Shown here: in pieces, positions 1 through 10,707 of the stretch
Numbering within the stretch: the stretch's first letter is position 1
Layout of the letters: each line of letters starts with the position of its first letter
Origin: a virus
Length of the DNA: 64,000 nucleotides
Direction: 5' to 3' (one strand)
IMG/VR virus record: IMGVR_UViG_3300028571_000830
Coordinates: 52,918 to 116,917 of that record
Program-made: the position numbers and the translations under genes
Notes under the pieces: model-generated
The model's database searches: none
Seen by the model: the letters and a program-made list of their open reading frames with translations, nothing else
What the model was told of the DNA's origin: nothing

Positions 1-3000
1 GATCCTGTCATTGTCATTGTTTGATTTGGAAATTTTAATGAATATTCACCTGAAACAGCAGCAGAACTTGCAGCTCTACCTCTTACTTGTAGTGTAAAAG
101 TAGGATAGGTCGTTTGGTTTGGGTATTCAAAATGCAATCTATTAATGTTCCATTCAAATCTTCTTGTTAAAGAAGGACTGGGAACTATATTATCTGAAGA
201 TAAAAGATAAGCATTAGCAGCAGCATCTCCTGGTACATAAAAATTCAAAGCTCCCACAGCTGAAACAATATTACTTGATGGTGTCACTCCCAAAGTATCT
301 ATATAAGCACACACATCTAAAGAAGTATTATCATACATATCTACAACTAATATAGATATCTGTGTAGGGCTTTGTGTTGTAGTGGTGGTTGTAGTGGGTT
401 CAATTGTTGTTGTAGTGGTGGTTGTAGTGGGTTCAATTGTTGTTGTAGTGGTGGTTGTGGTAGGTTCTAATGTTGTTGTAGTGGTGGTTGTGGTAGGTGC
501 TACAGTTGTAGTGGTGGTTGTAGTTGGTGTAGGAACTTCTTCTGCTGTTCCACCTAAATCACAATATAACACTGTTGTAGTGGTAGTGGTGGTTGCAGGA
601 AGTTCTGCTGTTCCTGCTAATTCACAATTATAAGCCACCACTGTTCCTGCTAAACGACAATCTATAGCAATGGTGGTAGTTGTAGTGGTGGTGGGTTGTG
701 GAACCAATTCACCTACAATAGCATCAATTTCACTACAGCAATCATTAAGTCCTGAATAGAAGAAGTTATTTTCAGCTACATACCAATTAGGTAAATAACT
801 ATGGAATGAAATCCAACTCTTTGTATTAAAGTTAAATGAAACTGACCAAGACTTATTACAGAAGTAATCAAGATCTGTAAGATACACTTGTGTTAATATC
901 TCCACATCATTCACTATTTCTTTTACATAGTATTCTTTTGTAATTGAATCATATATAATGTTATTTGTTTTTGGAATATAGTCAAGCTTTGTAATGATTA
1001 TTCTATCATACTTGCTATCAAATACACCATGTAATCCTACACCAGTGAAATGATTATCTGTATCCACTTCTGGAAAGTATTTTATAATCTCAAAAGCTAA
1101 ATGATCTGTAAACCATCTATTCATACCAGAACCAAAACCTGTTAAATCTGTAGCTTGGTTACCAGCAATTAAGAACACTTGTCCTCTCTTAGCATCTATT
1201 GTTATTTGTCCTTGTGGAATCTTTAACAACATCTTGTTTTGAGAACCTACATATCCAAGATCTGTTTCTGCAAAATCAATAGCAGGGGAAGATTCAAATA
1301 GTCTACTATTACCTACGTAAGCAGCTTGGGGATTACTTGTATTGATTGTTAATAAAGTGTTATATAATAAACTCTTATTATCAAATCTAGCAAGAACAGC
1401 TTTGTTCTCAATACCATCTAATGATGTAAGATTACCATAATTCTGAGGAAAATCAAAATAAGAAACAGCTCTATAAATTAACCAATTATTTACTATATTA
1501 CCTACAGTGCTTATCTGAGGATCAGAATAAATTGCTCTAAATGGAAACACTGTTTTACATAAGTCAGGAGTCCAGTTAATAGGAAGATGACTAAAGAAGT
1601 TTTCTGTATTTTGTTTAGAGAATGTAGTGTTATAGTAATATGTATTATCTTGAGCAATTGTTACATTGCTTTCTTGTACCCAATCATCAGGTATATCTGT
1701 GCTAACATGAGGCCAGAAATCTCCTTCTTTATTATTAAAGGCTTGACGTAAGTCTACATTATATCCTGATTCACAATAGAAATAAGGAATACCATAAGCA
1801 AACAAATACATCTTACCATCATAGAAAGTTCTTCCTGGATTAGTTTCAGGAGTTTGACTGTTAGGACAATCTAGATTGTGAGCTTTAATTGATATAAAGT
1901 TTCTTAGATTTATACCATCTACAGAAACATCACTAAGAACAGATCTTGCTGAAAACCAATACTCAGGATATGCAACATTTCCTATCTCATCATAATATAT
2001 ATCAGAATCATCAGGAGCTCCCACTCTATTATCTATAAAGAAAGGAAGTTTAGTTTTAAAAGCAAACTTACTAATAAATGTATCACCACCAAACACTGTA
2101 TCATACACTGGTGCAAGGATGGGTGTAATATCTCTTTGGAATCCAGTATCTATTGTATCATATGAATAGATTTGTCCCCATTGATTTACAAATTGATTCT
2201 TTAATGAAGCGTAATAAGAAACAACAGAAGTGGAAGATATTTCTTCAGGTTTACTACAATCTTTTTCAGATAGAACAAATCTTGAATCATCTGTAACCAT
2301 AGGTATTCCACTAGGAGCTATAGATGGTGTTTTATCTGGAAATGGTAATGGTGGTTTAGCATCATCAGTTTTTAAATAAACTGAAGATTCTCTTTGCCAG
2401 TTGTTTATATTTTTATCATCACCAACACTCTGTACACCAGGAATTAAATACTGAGCAATATCAAGAGTTCTTTGTTTAATACCTAATACACCATCTGCAC
2501 TAGTAGCTGCATTATCAATATACCCACTATAGTCATAACTACCTATTGAGTTAAATGAATAAGCATAGTTACGTCTAGTTATACCATTGATATAAATAGT
2601 TAGATATGATTGATATGCTGCAAATAAAACAGAAGCATCTAATGATCCTGTTATAGAAGCAATATCAGTGGAGCTCTTTAATGCATCTTCTTGAGCTTCT
2701 CTACTAATCATTTTATAAAGAGCATTCTTTCTCACTTGAACAAAATGAGCCCTACCAGCTCCAAACATTACATTTTCAAGTTTAAGAATATCTCCTAAGA
2801 ATGGTTGACCAAAAGAAGTTTCTGGAGAGTTGAATACATGTCTATATTTAGAACCATCTGTATTAAATCCATCTAAGTTTTTAGGAACACAGATATCATA
2901 ACCAACAGATCCCACTTCAACAATAGTATAATTCTTAGCTCCTCCTACTACCCATTCAGGAATAACTAAAGAATTAACTCTAGTGGCTCCTGTCACTCCT

Positions 3001-5285
3001 ATTAAAGTTTTATTAGGAGGTTGTGTACAACAATCCACTGATGGGGCAGCATCTATACTGCAATAAGCACAAAGAGAAGGATAAGGTGCAGGACTTCCAC
3101 AAGTAAAGCCAGGTTTTTCCCCTATAGTGGGAAAGTGTATATTAAAACTTGCAGAAAAAGAACCAACAGGAAGGATTTCATATATCTTATATGTATGACA
3201 TTCAAAGCATCCCTTACCACTAATAATTTTTGGAGAAGGAAAATCAAGACAACAGAAGTTTAAAGTTTCTCCTACAGATGTAGCTTGTTTTGTAACGATT
3301 GTATTTGTATAACAATCTATATATTCAACTGTGAATATACCAGCACTGAGTTCTGTAACAGTTACACTAAAGTTTCTACATATGGCATTACCACCATCTT
3401 TTGCATTTGCTGTATAGGCATTGTTTTGAGCTAGTAAGAATGGATCTATAGAAAGATCATTATAAGGATAGTTAGGATAGTAGTATTCTGTTCCTTCTCT
3501 ATCATACTTACCAACATTTCTAAGAATACCTTTTGCAACAATAGATCTGTTTGTATTTCTATTACCTCTTACAATCTTAAAGCCTTCTATATTATCTTTT
3601 TCAGTTTGTGAAAGACCTGATTGACCAATCAATGCTGTTATTTGTGATAAGTCTACACTTACACCAATAGGATATATAGCATCCTTTTGTACAGTCATTG
3701 CTCCTGGAGAGGAGAATATAGCTGACTCATAAATAGGACTTATAAGAGCATCTGGAAACTTATGATGTCTAATTGGTTGGTTTGATAAGTCTCCCCAAAC
3801 TAATTCATTACATGGATAGGTTTCTGTTGATTCCCAATAAGCAAATTCACCATATTGGTAATTACCTTTATAGCTAGTTGATGTGTTATACTCTGGAGAA
3901 AATCCTGTTACAGTGGCACTGTTATATATCTTCCACCAAGGACTAGTTCCTGTAAGAGGATCTGGTTCTCCTATAAAATCATTGTTGGTAGGAGATACAG
4001 GAGATAAGTCATTACCATTTGCACTTCTGCCTGGAATATGAAAACCATCAGTTTGTTTACCATTTTTTAATAAGAATACAATTTCAAATGCATACACCTC
4101 ATCACGCATGTACCCACGAAGGTTAGTTGCGTTAAGTCCATCAGCATAAGTTTCTGTATTAGGAATTCTATATGATTGCCATTGAAGAGTTATTTGATTT
4201 GCTATTCTTTGGTAATTAACTTTATCTATAGATGTTAATTGATCCCACACAAGAATGTCTCTCACCGTTGTAACATCTTGAGCTATTTCATAATATGGAA
4301 ACTTCTCAAAAATGTCTTGTAGCGTTAGTCTTATTTGTTCTTGATTTTGTCCAGTGTAAGTTATCACTGTTGAAACTTCATCAATAAAATATGTACCAAT
4401 TAATTCTACAGATGTAATAGCGTTAATAGTCTTTATAACAGCTAAGTTATAATATTGCCATTGTCCTGTTACATCTAGATTAGATATAGTGAGGTCAATA
4501 GATCTACCCACTGGATAATTAAAATTAGGAGTGGTGAGTTGTGGATCAGAAATAGGTGTGGGATTGGTTACTGAATAATAAGAAGAATAACCAAATCCTA
4601 TAGCATCTGAATATTGAATAGCAAATTGATATGTACCAGCAATTAAGTCTCCACCACTATTGATGTCAGTGATCTCTAACTGAGGAATAGAAAAATTAGG
4701 TTGAAGTAATAATTGATTACAGTCAAGTTCTTCAGTAAATTGTGGATCACATAAATCTGAAAAATAAGTTTGAATGTAAGGAATATTATCTATATCTAGA
4801 TATCTTCTAGGATTTAATCCATCAGTCCAATAAATTTCTGTAGTACAGTTTGTTATCTTGTGTACTGATTTATGAATAGGATTGTTAATATTAAAGTTTA
4901 AACATTTAGCATTAACAAGAGTGCGATATACACAATCATTGTTATCCATATATCCTATTTCAGAATCTTCTGTTTCAGGATTTACAATAAAGAATATATG
5001 TTTATTTTTTTCAAATATAGAATGAGTACCAATCAGTTGATATCCTTCAGGAAAATTAAAGCAAAGCTCATTCCCTGGTTCATTTTGATAATTAACAGAA
5101 TTTGCATCAAAGTTTTCTACAGCAGCATTTAAAGCATACGTAAGACTGCCTTTGTTAATCTGATTAATAGATTGATCTAAATTTAATCCAACAGTGGCAC
5201 TGTTATATTCTTGATTAACAGAACTACTATCAGGACTAACTAAATTCTTTATTTTGCTAACTATATTATTGTTATCTTCTGCCAT
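1..5285 (-). CDS. Tail stabilization/muzzle protein (P22 gp10-like; crAss001 gp44-like), 3' end outside the window, >1760 aa
   Basis: Not in the ORF track because it is open at the edge. ATG at 5285 gives MAEDNNNIVSKIKNLV...GLNLDQSINQINKGSLTYALNA...IYWTDGLNPRRYLDID. The same frame is open where spot-checked (540-690 and 3-60). Position follows ring protein R1 as in the crAss gene order. Confidence 0.8.
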   Translation of the reverse strand, partial: MAEDNNNIVSKIKNLVSPDSSSVNQEYNSATVGLNLDQSINQINKGSLTYALNAAVENFDANSVNYQNEPGNELCFNFPEGYQLIGTHSIFEKNKHIFFIVNPETEDSEIGYMDNNDCVYRTLVNAKCLNFNINNPIHKSVHKITNCTTEIYWTDGLNPRRYLDIDNIPYIQTYFSDLCDPQFTEELDCNQLLLQPNFSIPQLEITDINSGGDLIAGTYQFAIQYSDAIGFGYSSYYSVTNPTPISDPQLTTPNFNYPVGRSIDLTISNLDVTGQWQYYNLAVIKTINAITSVELIGTYFIDEVSTVITYTGQNQEQIRLTLQDIFEKFPYYEIAQDVTTVRDILVWDQLTSIDKVNYQRIANQITLQWQSYRIPNTETYADGLNATNLRGYMRDEVYAFEIVFLLKNGKQTDGFHIPGRSANGNDLSPVSPTNNDFIGEPDPLTGTSPWWKIYNSATVTGFSPEYNTSTSYKGNYQYGEFAYWESTETYPCNELVWGDLSNQPIRHHKFPDALISPIYESAIFSSPGAMTVQKDAIYPIGVSVDLSQITALIGQSGLSQTEKDNIEGFKIVRGNRNTNRSIVAKGILRNVGKYDREGTEYYYPNYPYNDLSIDPFLLAQNNAYTANAKDGGNAICRNFSVTVTELSAGIFTVEYIDCYTNTIVTKQATSVGETLNFCCLDFPSPKIISGKGCFECHTYKIYEILPVGSFSASFNIHFPTIGEKPGFTCGSPAPYPSLCAYCSIDAAPSVDCCTQPPNKTLIGVTGATRVNSLVIPEWVVGGAKNYTIVEVGSVGYDICVPKNLDGFNTDGSKYRHVFNSPETSFGQPFLGDILKLENVMFGAGRAHFVQVRKNALYKMISREAQEDALKSSTDIASITGSLDASVLFAAYQSYLTIYINGITRRNYAYSFNSIGSYDYSGYIDNAATSADGVLGIKQRTLDIAQYLIPGVQSVGDDKNINNWQRESSVYLKTDDAKPPLPFPDKTPSIAPSGIPMVTDDSRFVLSEKDCSKPEEISSTSVVSYYASLKNQFVNQWGQIYSYDTIDTGFQRDITPILAPVYDTVFGGDTFISKFAFKTKLPFFIDNRVGAPDDSDIYYDEIGNVAYPEYWFSARSVLSDVSVDGINLRNFISIKAHNLDCPNSQTPETNPGRTFYDGKMYLFAYGIPYFYCESGYNVDLRQAFNNKEGDFWPHVSTDIPDDWVQESNVTIAQDNTYYYNTTFSKQNTENFFSHLPINWTPDLCKTVFPFRAIYSDPQISTVGNIVNNWLIYRAVSYFDFPQNYGNLTSLDGIENKAVLARFDNKSLLYNTLLTINTSNPQAAYVGNSRLFESSPAIDFAETDLGYVGSQNKMLLKIPQGQITIDAKRGQVFLIAGNQATDLTGFGSGMNRWFTDHLAFEIIKYFPEVDTDNHFTGVGLHGVFDSKYDRIIITKLDYIPKTNNIIYDSITKEYYVKEIVNDVEILTQVYLTDLDYFCNKSWSVSFNFNTKSWISFHSYLPNWYVAENNFFYSGLNDCCSEIDAIVGELVPQPTTTTTTTIAIDCRLAGTVVAYNCELAGTAELPATTTTTTTVLYCDLGGTAEEVPTPTTTTTTTVAPTTTTTTTTLEPTTTTTTTTIEPTTTTTTTTIEPTTTTTTTQSPTQISILVVDMYDNTSLDVCAYIDTLGVTPSSNIVSAVGALNFYVPGDAAANAYLLSSDNIVPSPSLTRRFEWNINRLHFEYPNQTTYPTFTLQVRGRAASSAAVSGEYSLKFPNQTMTMTG
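379..525. repeat. About 4.5 copies of a ~33-bp tandem repeat encoding Thr-rich (E/A)PTTTTTTTT(I/L) units in the muzzle protein
   Basis: gtagtggtggttgtagtgggttcaattgttgtt repeated with small variations. Confidence 0.85.
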
Positions 5286-5293
5286 GGTTAATT

Positions 5294-6268
5294 TTAGTTA
5301 TTTCTTCTTCCGAATCTATTAGTTCTATTAGGAAGTTCATACATATTAAACCTATTCAGATCATTTTTAATTCTTCTCTGTTTAGTCCAAGCATCTTGTT
5401 TCTTTATTTCAATATCAGCCATGATGAATGCCTCATCACAAAGTTGTTTATAATAAAGCATCTTTTGCTGTATCTGATTAAATGTTTCATCATTGATTTG
5501 GTTAGATAAAGTTTCAAAAACTTTATACTTAATAAATGCCTCAACAAATTCTCTAATACGATAGTTATCAGGAATCATTTGATTACCTCCACTATCATAT
5601 TCTGTAGCATACATAATTAAATGTACAATACCATTTCTAAAATTAGTTACAAACTTATTATCTCTAACATCAAATGAATCATAACTAGAAGATCCTGGAG
5701 TAAAGTTTCTATTATTAGTAGATGTATTTTCTGTAAGTGCCCAAGCATTTGTGTACTCTACACTACAGTTTTGTCTTGCAGAAATATTACCTGGTTTTAA
5801 TAAATATTGTCTTTGATAAGATCTTGGAGTAGAACTATTAGTCTTGTAAACAGCTTGAATAAGTTCAGGCATACAATTGCCATCGCACTCAGGATTACGA
5901 CATGATGGACTGTTACAAGGTGTACCTCCTATAGTTAAAGGAGCCACTTGAATAGTGGTGAGTGAAGCAGCTTGAGAATAAAATGAACTAGCATCTTGAT
6001 AAGGTCTCATAGAGATTTCAGCACACATCCAAGCTTCTCTAACAGCAAAAAAGTTATCTGGTAGTCTAGCTTCAAAATCTTCAATTACTAAAGCTTGTTC
6101 ACTTATAACATAAGTGGCTCTTCCTAGTTTTCTAAGACACTTATCAAGATAGGTGGGAAACATTAAGTCATCCACAGCACCTGTATCCATATATGACTTA
6201 AGTTCTTCTTTTACTATACTATATACAGGTTCAGGAGAAACAAAATTATATTTATAATAGTAACTCAT
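5294..6268 (-). CDS. Tail tubular/ring protein (P22 gp4-like; crAss R1)
   Basis: 324-aa ORF between the IHF-like gene and the muzzle gene; C-terminal GNQMIPDN...EFVEAFIKYK typical of crAss ring proteins. Confidence 0.65.
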   Translation of the reverse strand: MSYYYKYNFVSPEPVYSIVKEELKSYMDTGAVDDLMFPTYLDKCLRKLGRATYVISEQALVIEDFEARLPDNFFAVREAWMCAEISMRPYQDASSFYSQAASLTTIQVAPLTIGGTPCNSPSCRNPECDGNCMPELIQAVYKTNSSTPRSYQRQYLLKPGNISARQNCSVEYTNAWALTENTSTNNRNFTPGSSSYDSFDVRDNKFVTNFRNGIVHLIMYATEYDSGGNQMIPDNYRIREFVEAFIKYKVFETLSNQINDETFNQIQQKMLYYKQLCDEAFIMADIEIKKQDAWTKQRRIKNDLNRFNMYELPNRTNRFGRRNN

Positions 6269-6277
6269 AATATTAAA

Positions 6278-6754
6278 TTATTTTTTCCACTCTTGATAGA
6301 GATATTGATATTTATCCTCAATTTTAAGGAAATGTGATAGTAGTCTTGATGTAGCTCTTGAAGGTTTAAAGTACCATAGTTCTAGATGTTTGAATCTAGC
6401 TGTATCTTTAAACCACATCCATCCAAAGAAGTAGCCTTCTGTATGGTAGTTGAAGTTATAAATTACTTTACCCTTCTCTTTAGTCTTTTGCCAATCTATA
6501 GGAAGATTGATAAACTCTTTACCGTTTATACCTTTAATTTTTTTTCTTTTCTTTTTGTTAATGGAGAATTCTCCAAATCCAAAAGGAAGTTTTGCTCTTT
6601 CACCAGTTTCTAGAATGTATTCTTTATAAGATTCATTAAATGCATATATTATAACTTTCCATTCATCAAATGATATCTTTATAGAACTATGTTTCTTACA
6701 AAAGTTGTTATAATTATCTTTGCTAGAACTTCTCCAATCAACTCTCGTTCTCAA
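6278..6754 (-). CDS. IHF/HU-like DNA-binding protein (crAss IHF family)
   Basis: ILETGERAKLPFGFGEFSINKKK HU/IHF-like motif, then LPIDWQKTK; conserved crAss synteny. Confidence 0.75.
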   Translation of the reverse strand: MRTRVDWRSSSKDNYNNFCKKHSSIKISFDEWKVIIYAFNESYKEYILETGERAKLPFGFGEFSINKKKRKKIKGINGKEFINLPIDWQKTKEKGKVIYNFNYHTEGYFFGWMWFKDTARFKHLELWYFKPSRATSRLLSHFLKIEDKYQYLYQEWKK

Positions 6755-6760
6755 GTTATA

Positions 6761-7489
6761 TTATCTTGTTGGTGGTACATTGGCAGCCTGACCATCTAGA
6801 TTATCTGATGTAATGTCAGTTTTTAATTGGAAGTAGGTGGACAAGAGCTTTTGTGATGTTAACTCTAACACTTGCTTCTCTAGATATCCTGGAAGAGAAA
6901 ATGGTTTATCCAATGGATTCATACACCAATCTTCATCAGATGGTCCACAACCCCCACATCCAGTTTCAGGATACATAAGTTCATTAGGAACTTCTTGTTC
7001 AAAACAAGCAGCAAGTCTAATTGCTTGAAGCAATGGGTTATTTACATATAGATAATCATTTAATATCCAATAGTATTCTTCCTTCTTTATAATTGGAAGC
7101 TTTATCAGATTTGTATATCTGTTGATAGTTATCTCTTTTAGTTTAGTTCCTGTGCCTCCCATAGCATTAATAGAATAAACTCCTTGAATAAGATATTGAT
7201 AATTTCCTTCAGATATACGAGGAATTTTGTATTTAGTTCTAGCAACGTTACAAGGATCTTGATAATCACAACATTCAGAAATAGGAACTTCAATCATTTC
7301 AAGACATGGGATAGTAGTGAATAGAGTACTAGTAGCCCAAAGTTTTCTAAGATTAGTCTCTCTCTTAATCAATAAGATACTATTATTACGTATCTCAGAA
7401 GCAATAGCTCTATCTGTCAGTAAACTATCTGTTGATAGGATTTTATGCATAGAACGTACATCTGAAACTAACTTTCTTAATGTTGCCAT
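6761..7489 (-). CDS. Virion ring/tail adaptor protein (crAss R2-like)
   Basis: 242 aa; synteny; helical N-terminus and Cys-rich middle. Confidence 0.55.
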   Translation of the reverse strand: MATLRKLVSDVRSMHKILSTDSLLTDRAIASEIRNNSILLIKRETNLRKLWATSTLFTTIPCLEMIEVPISECCDYQDPCNVARTKYKIPRISEGNYQYLIQGVYSINAMGGTGTKLKEITINRYTNLIKLPIIKKEEYYWILNDYLYVNNPLLQAIRLAACFEQEVPNELMYPETGCGGCGPSDEDWCMNPLDKPFSLPGYLEKQVLELTSQKLLSTYFQLKTDITSDNLDGQAANVPPTR

Positions 7490-7492
7490 TAT

Positions 7493-8692
7493 TTACAATC
7501 TAAATTCAAATTCACTTATTTTTCCTAAAGTTTTATCATAAACTAAAGCTAACCCAGCTCTAATTGAATGTACAAAATTATTATCTAAATGCCATCTATC
7601 AGTTCCTGAAAGACTAGGCATTTGTTGTATTCTCACTCCTTTAACTTCTTTAGCCATATAGTGATGTTTATCTCCTGTATGCACTTCTCTATATTTAGCA
7701 TTACCAAAATCTTGGCTATATTGAGGATGTGTTGCAAATAGTAGAGGAAGATCTTCCACTTTACAATTACCATGATGATAACCAATAAAAGTGTTTCCTA
7801 ATACAACAGTTTTAACTACACTATGTTCTCTATCAAAATAAATATTATCATCTTGAGCGAAATAAACTTGGAGGGCGTGTGCTAAATAATATGATTTAGT
7901 TCTATCATGATTACCTTGAACTAATACAATGTGCAGTTTACTACACACCTTTTTCATCATAGTGATTGTATCTACAAGTAGAGCAAATCCCAATTCATAC
8001 TCATCAGCATAATTAACAATAGTATCTTGTGGAGTACCATTAGTAGTTTGGTTTTGGTAGTTATCTGTGTGAAAGAAATCATTAGACACTGGAAATACAA
8101 TTGTATCTATATCATAAACTGCTTTTACATCATAGACTAATGTTGTAGCTGCTGAAAAATATCTATTACATCTTGTAGTCATAGAATTATCCCCATCTAC
8201 ATGACTTTTAGCCAAATGATAATCAGACAAAGATATTTCAACATCAACTGTTCTATCAATAAAATTAAGTTTAGGTTGTATTTGTTCTTTGTAATTAGAC
8301 TTATAATTTTCTAAAAACTTTGCAAAATCTTCAGGAGTATAATCGTTTGGTTTTTTAAGTTTGGAAAATACTGAAGATGTAAATTTTCCATTGGGAAGTA
8401 ATTTAGACCAATAGTTTGTAATGATATATTTATCTAAATTAATCTTATGTAATCTAGCTAACTCAATATCATTTTTAGGTTCATAACTTAGTATTAATGT
8501 ACTTTCTATTGTTCCTGTTTCATTGTTCACTTTACGAGTTGATTGATAATCTACATTATTGTTTTTCAACTGGTTAAGTAAATTATTAACTTCCATCTCA
8601 CTAATTCCAAGCTTTTTGGCATAAAAACTTTTACTTCCTTTTTGCTTCAACAGTCTTTTTAACTGATATAGAAGCTCTTGGTTTTCAGACAT
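7493..8692 (-). CDS. Calcineurin-like metallophosphoesterase with N-terminal HTH-like region
   Basis: Motifs SDYH, NDFFH, GNHD, YHHG, HTGDKHH. Confidence 0.8.
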   Translation of the reverse strand: MSENQELLYQLKRLLKQKGSKSFYAKKLGISEMEVNNLLNQLKNNNVDYQSTRKVNNETGTIESTLILSYEPKNDIELARLHKINLDKYIITNYWSKLLPNGKFTSSVFSKLKKPNDYTPEDFAKFLENYKSNYKEQIQPKLNFIDRTVDVEISLSDYHLAKSHVDGDNSMTTRCNRYFSAATTLVYDVKAVYDIDTIVFPVSNDFFHTDNYQNQTTNGTPQDTIVNYADEYELGFALLVDTITMMKKVCSKLHIVLVQGNHDRTKSYYLAHALQVYFAQDDNIYFDREHSVVKTVVLGNTFIGYHHGNCKVEDLPLLFATHPQYSQDFGNAKYREVHTGDKHHYMAKEVKGVRIQQMPSLSGTDRWHLDNNFVHSIRAGLALVYDKTLGKISEFEFRL

Positions 8693-8720
8693 ATATAGTC
8701 GAGTTTAGATAAAAATTTAG

Positions 8721-8753
8721 TAAAGATACAAAATAGTTTTTTAAAATACCAAA
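8721..8753 (-). promoter_or_regulatory. Bacteroidota sigma70-type promoter (variant -7)
   Basis: Minus strand TTTG-N21-TATCTTTA upstream of the phosphoesterase; consensus is TTTG-N19-21-TAnnTTTG. Confidence 0.5.
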
Positions 8754-8819
8754 TAATTTAAACCAACTACGTTATTGTCTATAATCAAATTAGTTATAAA
8801 ATAAAAAACTCCTGAGAAA

Positions 8820-9434
8820 TTAAATAATTTGTATTTTTTCTATATATGCTTTTTTTATAAATTTTTGTATAGAGTTATAATATTCTACACAAATAGGGTG
8901 AGAAAATTTATTTCTTTTTTTAACATTTTCAGATGCAGGTAACAGTTGAAGATTGCTTAAGCTATTAATTAAGTAAACAGGAGTTTCTTTAATAAACCAA
9001 GACACAGGTACTTTATGATCTATATGATAATTTTCTGGAATATTTCCAAATTTAATAACAAAGCAAGACTTAGTCCATCCTAAATAATCTTTAGATAATT
9101 TAAGTTTAGATTCATTTTTATAATTTAAAGTTCTCCAAACAAGATTATTAATAGATTTAATTTCTTTAGTATTATTAGTTGTTCTTTCTATTTTAGGTTT
9201 TATTGTATAATATTTATGTTGATTTTTTATATTGTACTCTTTTAAATATTGTTTACGACTAGGAGTAATAATTCTTTTATAGGATGATTGGTATAGTTTT
9301 CTATTATAGTTTTTACTTTTGTAATACTCTTGTCTACAAAGTTTACAATAACAATCTAAACCATCTTTACTGTTTTTCCTTTTACCAAAGTCAAGGTTAG
9401 GTTTAAGAGTTTTACATTTTATACAATTTTTCAT
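8820..9434 (-). CDS. Free-standing HNH homing endonuclease
   Basis: N-terminal CxxC...CxxC; HIDHKVPVS...NLQLLPASENVKKRN. Confidence 0.8.
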   Translation of the reverse strand: MKNCIKCKTLKPNLDFGKRKNSKDGLDCYCKLCRQEYYKSKNYNRKLYQSSYKRIITPSRKQYLKEYNIKNQHKYYTIKPKIERTTNNTKEIKSINNLVWRTLNYKNESKLKLSKDYLGWTKSCFVIKFGNIPENYHIDHKVPVSWFIKETPVYLINSLSNLQLLPASENVKKRNKFSHPICVEYYNSIQKFIKKAYIEKIQII

Positions 9435-9552
9435 TTTATGTTAAAATAATAAGCCCCCAGTAATTTTCATACTAAGGGGCTTGATTTAGTAAGAAAACCA
9501 ACAAACTTACTAAATAATTACTGTAAAACCAACAAAACAGGATTTTTGTATT

Positions 9553-10158
9553 TTAAAAACAATCTGTTTGACCTGATATTACTAATGTATTACTATAATA
9601 TGCTGTATATAAATCAGTTGGATTTGACCCTAATGAATACGATAGGTATTTATTATATGCTGCTGTATCATCAAATGGAACTAATAGACTACTATCATTA
9701 AAGAATTGTGTCACTCCTAAAGAAGTAGTAGATACTGCATACACTGCTAATTGTGGAGATCCATATGAAACCCAACCTGACCCTGATTGATTACAAGCCT
9801 CTCCTGAAATGTCACCATATCCATATAATCCATATAAAGTTCCCTCTACTGGTAGAGTAGTTGTTGTAGTTGTAGTGCTAGTGGATGTTGTACTAGATGT
9901 TGTACTAGATGTTGTACTAGATGTTGTAGTGGTGGTAGTGCCACCAACAATTAAATCAATGTAATTAGTACATATAGAATCAGATTTCACTCTTATCACT
10001 ATAGTTCCATTTGGAACTAAAGAAGAAGTGTATCCTGATACTAAAGAAGCTTTAGGTACATTATTTTCAAAAGGAACTACAAATCCATCTACATCTGAAT
10101 ACAAATCAAATGGTCCTGTATCAGAACCTGCTATTGTTAATGTTATTAATACTGTCAT
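9553..10158 (-). CDS. Putative virion protein with Thr/Ser-rich linker
   Basis: 201 aa; GTTTTTTSSTTSSTTSSTTST linker between two beta-rich domains; inside the structural block. Confidence 0.5.
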   Translation of the reverse strand: MTVLITLTIAGSDTGPFDLYSDVDGFVVPFENNVPKASLVSGYTSSLVPNGTIVIRVKSDSICTNYIDLIVGGTTTTTTSSTTSSTTSSTTSTSTTTTTTTLPVEGTLYGLYGYGDISGEACNQSGSGWVSYGSPQLAVYAVSTTSLGVTQFFNDSSLLVPFDDTAAYNKYLSYSLGSNPTDLYTAYYSNTLVISGQTDCF

Positions 10159-10191
10159 AATTTTTTATTTTTAGTTTTAATTAAAAACTTC

Positions 10192-10698
10192 TTATTGCTC
10201 TACTTCTTGTGCAACACCCGCTAAATTACAAGATAGCACTGTTGTGGTGGTAGTGGTTGTAGGTGTTTGAGTAGTGGTGGTGGTAGTTGTGCTTGTACTT
10301 GATGTAGTAGTTGTAGTTGGTGCTACAGTAGTTGTGGTAGTAGTAGTTGTTGGTGCTATTGTAGTTGTTGTAGTAGTTGTGCTACTAGTGGAAGAAGATG
10401 TTGTTGTTGTAGTAGGTGTAATAGAACAAGAAGCTACTAATTGACAAAAGTATGCCTGAAGAAGAGGAGTGTTCTCAATTGTATCTATAATATGTGCTAT
10501 AAATTCATCAGAGCACATTCTATTATCTATCTTTTGTAAAGCCACCTCTAGATTATCTTTTGATTGAATTCCTGTACAAGGTAAATTTGGACCATTGTAT
10601 ATAATTTGAAAACTAGATATACAAGGATCATTACATGCAAATGGAAATGCAATTCTATAAGCATCATTGTAACAAGGCATTCCTGGTAAACAAGACAT
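10192..10698 (-). CDS. Putative tail-fibre-associated virion protein, Cys-rich with Thr-rich tail
   Basis: IIYNGPNLPCTGIQSKDNLEVALQKID resembles the N-terminus of the adjacent fibre (VRYTGIDVPVLGIQTGDSLSYVEQAL). Confidence 0.5.
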   Translation of the reverse strand: MSCLPGMPCYNDAYRIAFPFACNDPCISSFQIIYNGPNLPCTGIQSKDNLEVALQKIDNRMCSDEFIAHIIDTIENTPLLQAYFCQLVASCSITPTTTTTSSSTSSTTTTTTTIAPTTTTTTTTVAPTTTTTSSTSTTTTTTTQTPTTTTTTTVLSCNLAGVAQEVEQ

Positions 10699-10707
10699 AG
10701 TATAAAT

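Noticed and set aside
379-525. CRISPR-like ~33-bp periodicity
   Set aside because: No unique spacers; it is an in-frame coding tandem repeat; no cas genes in the window
382-633. Val-rich plus-strand ORF
   Set aside because: Antisense shadow of the Thr repeats in the muzzle gene
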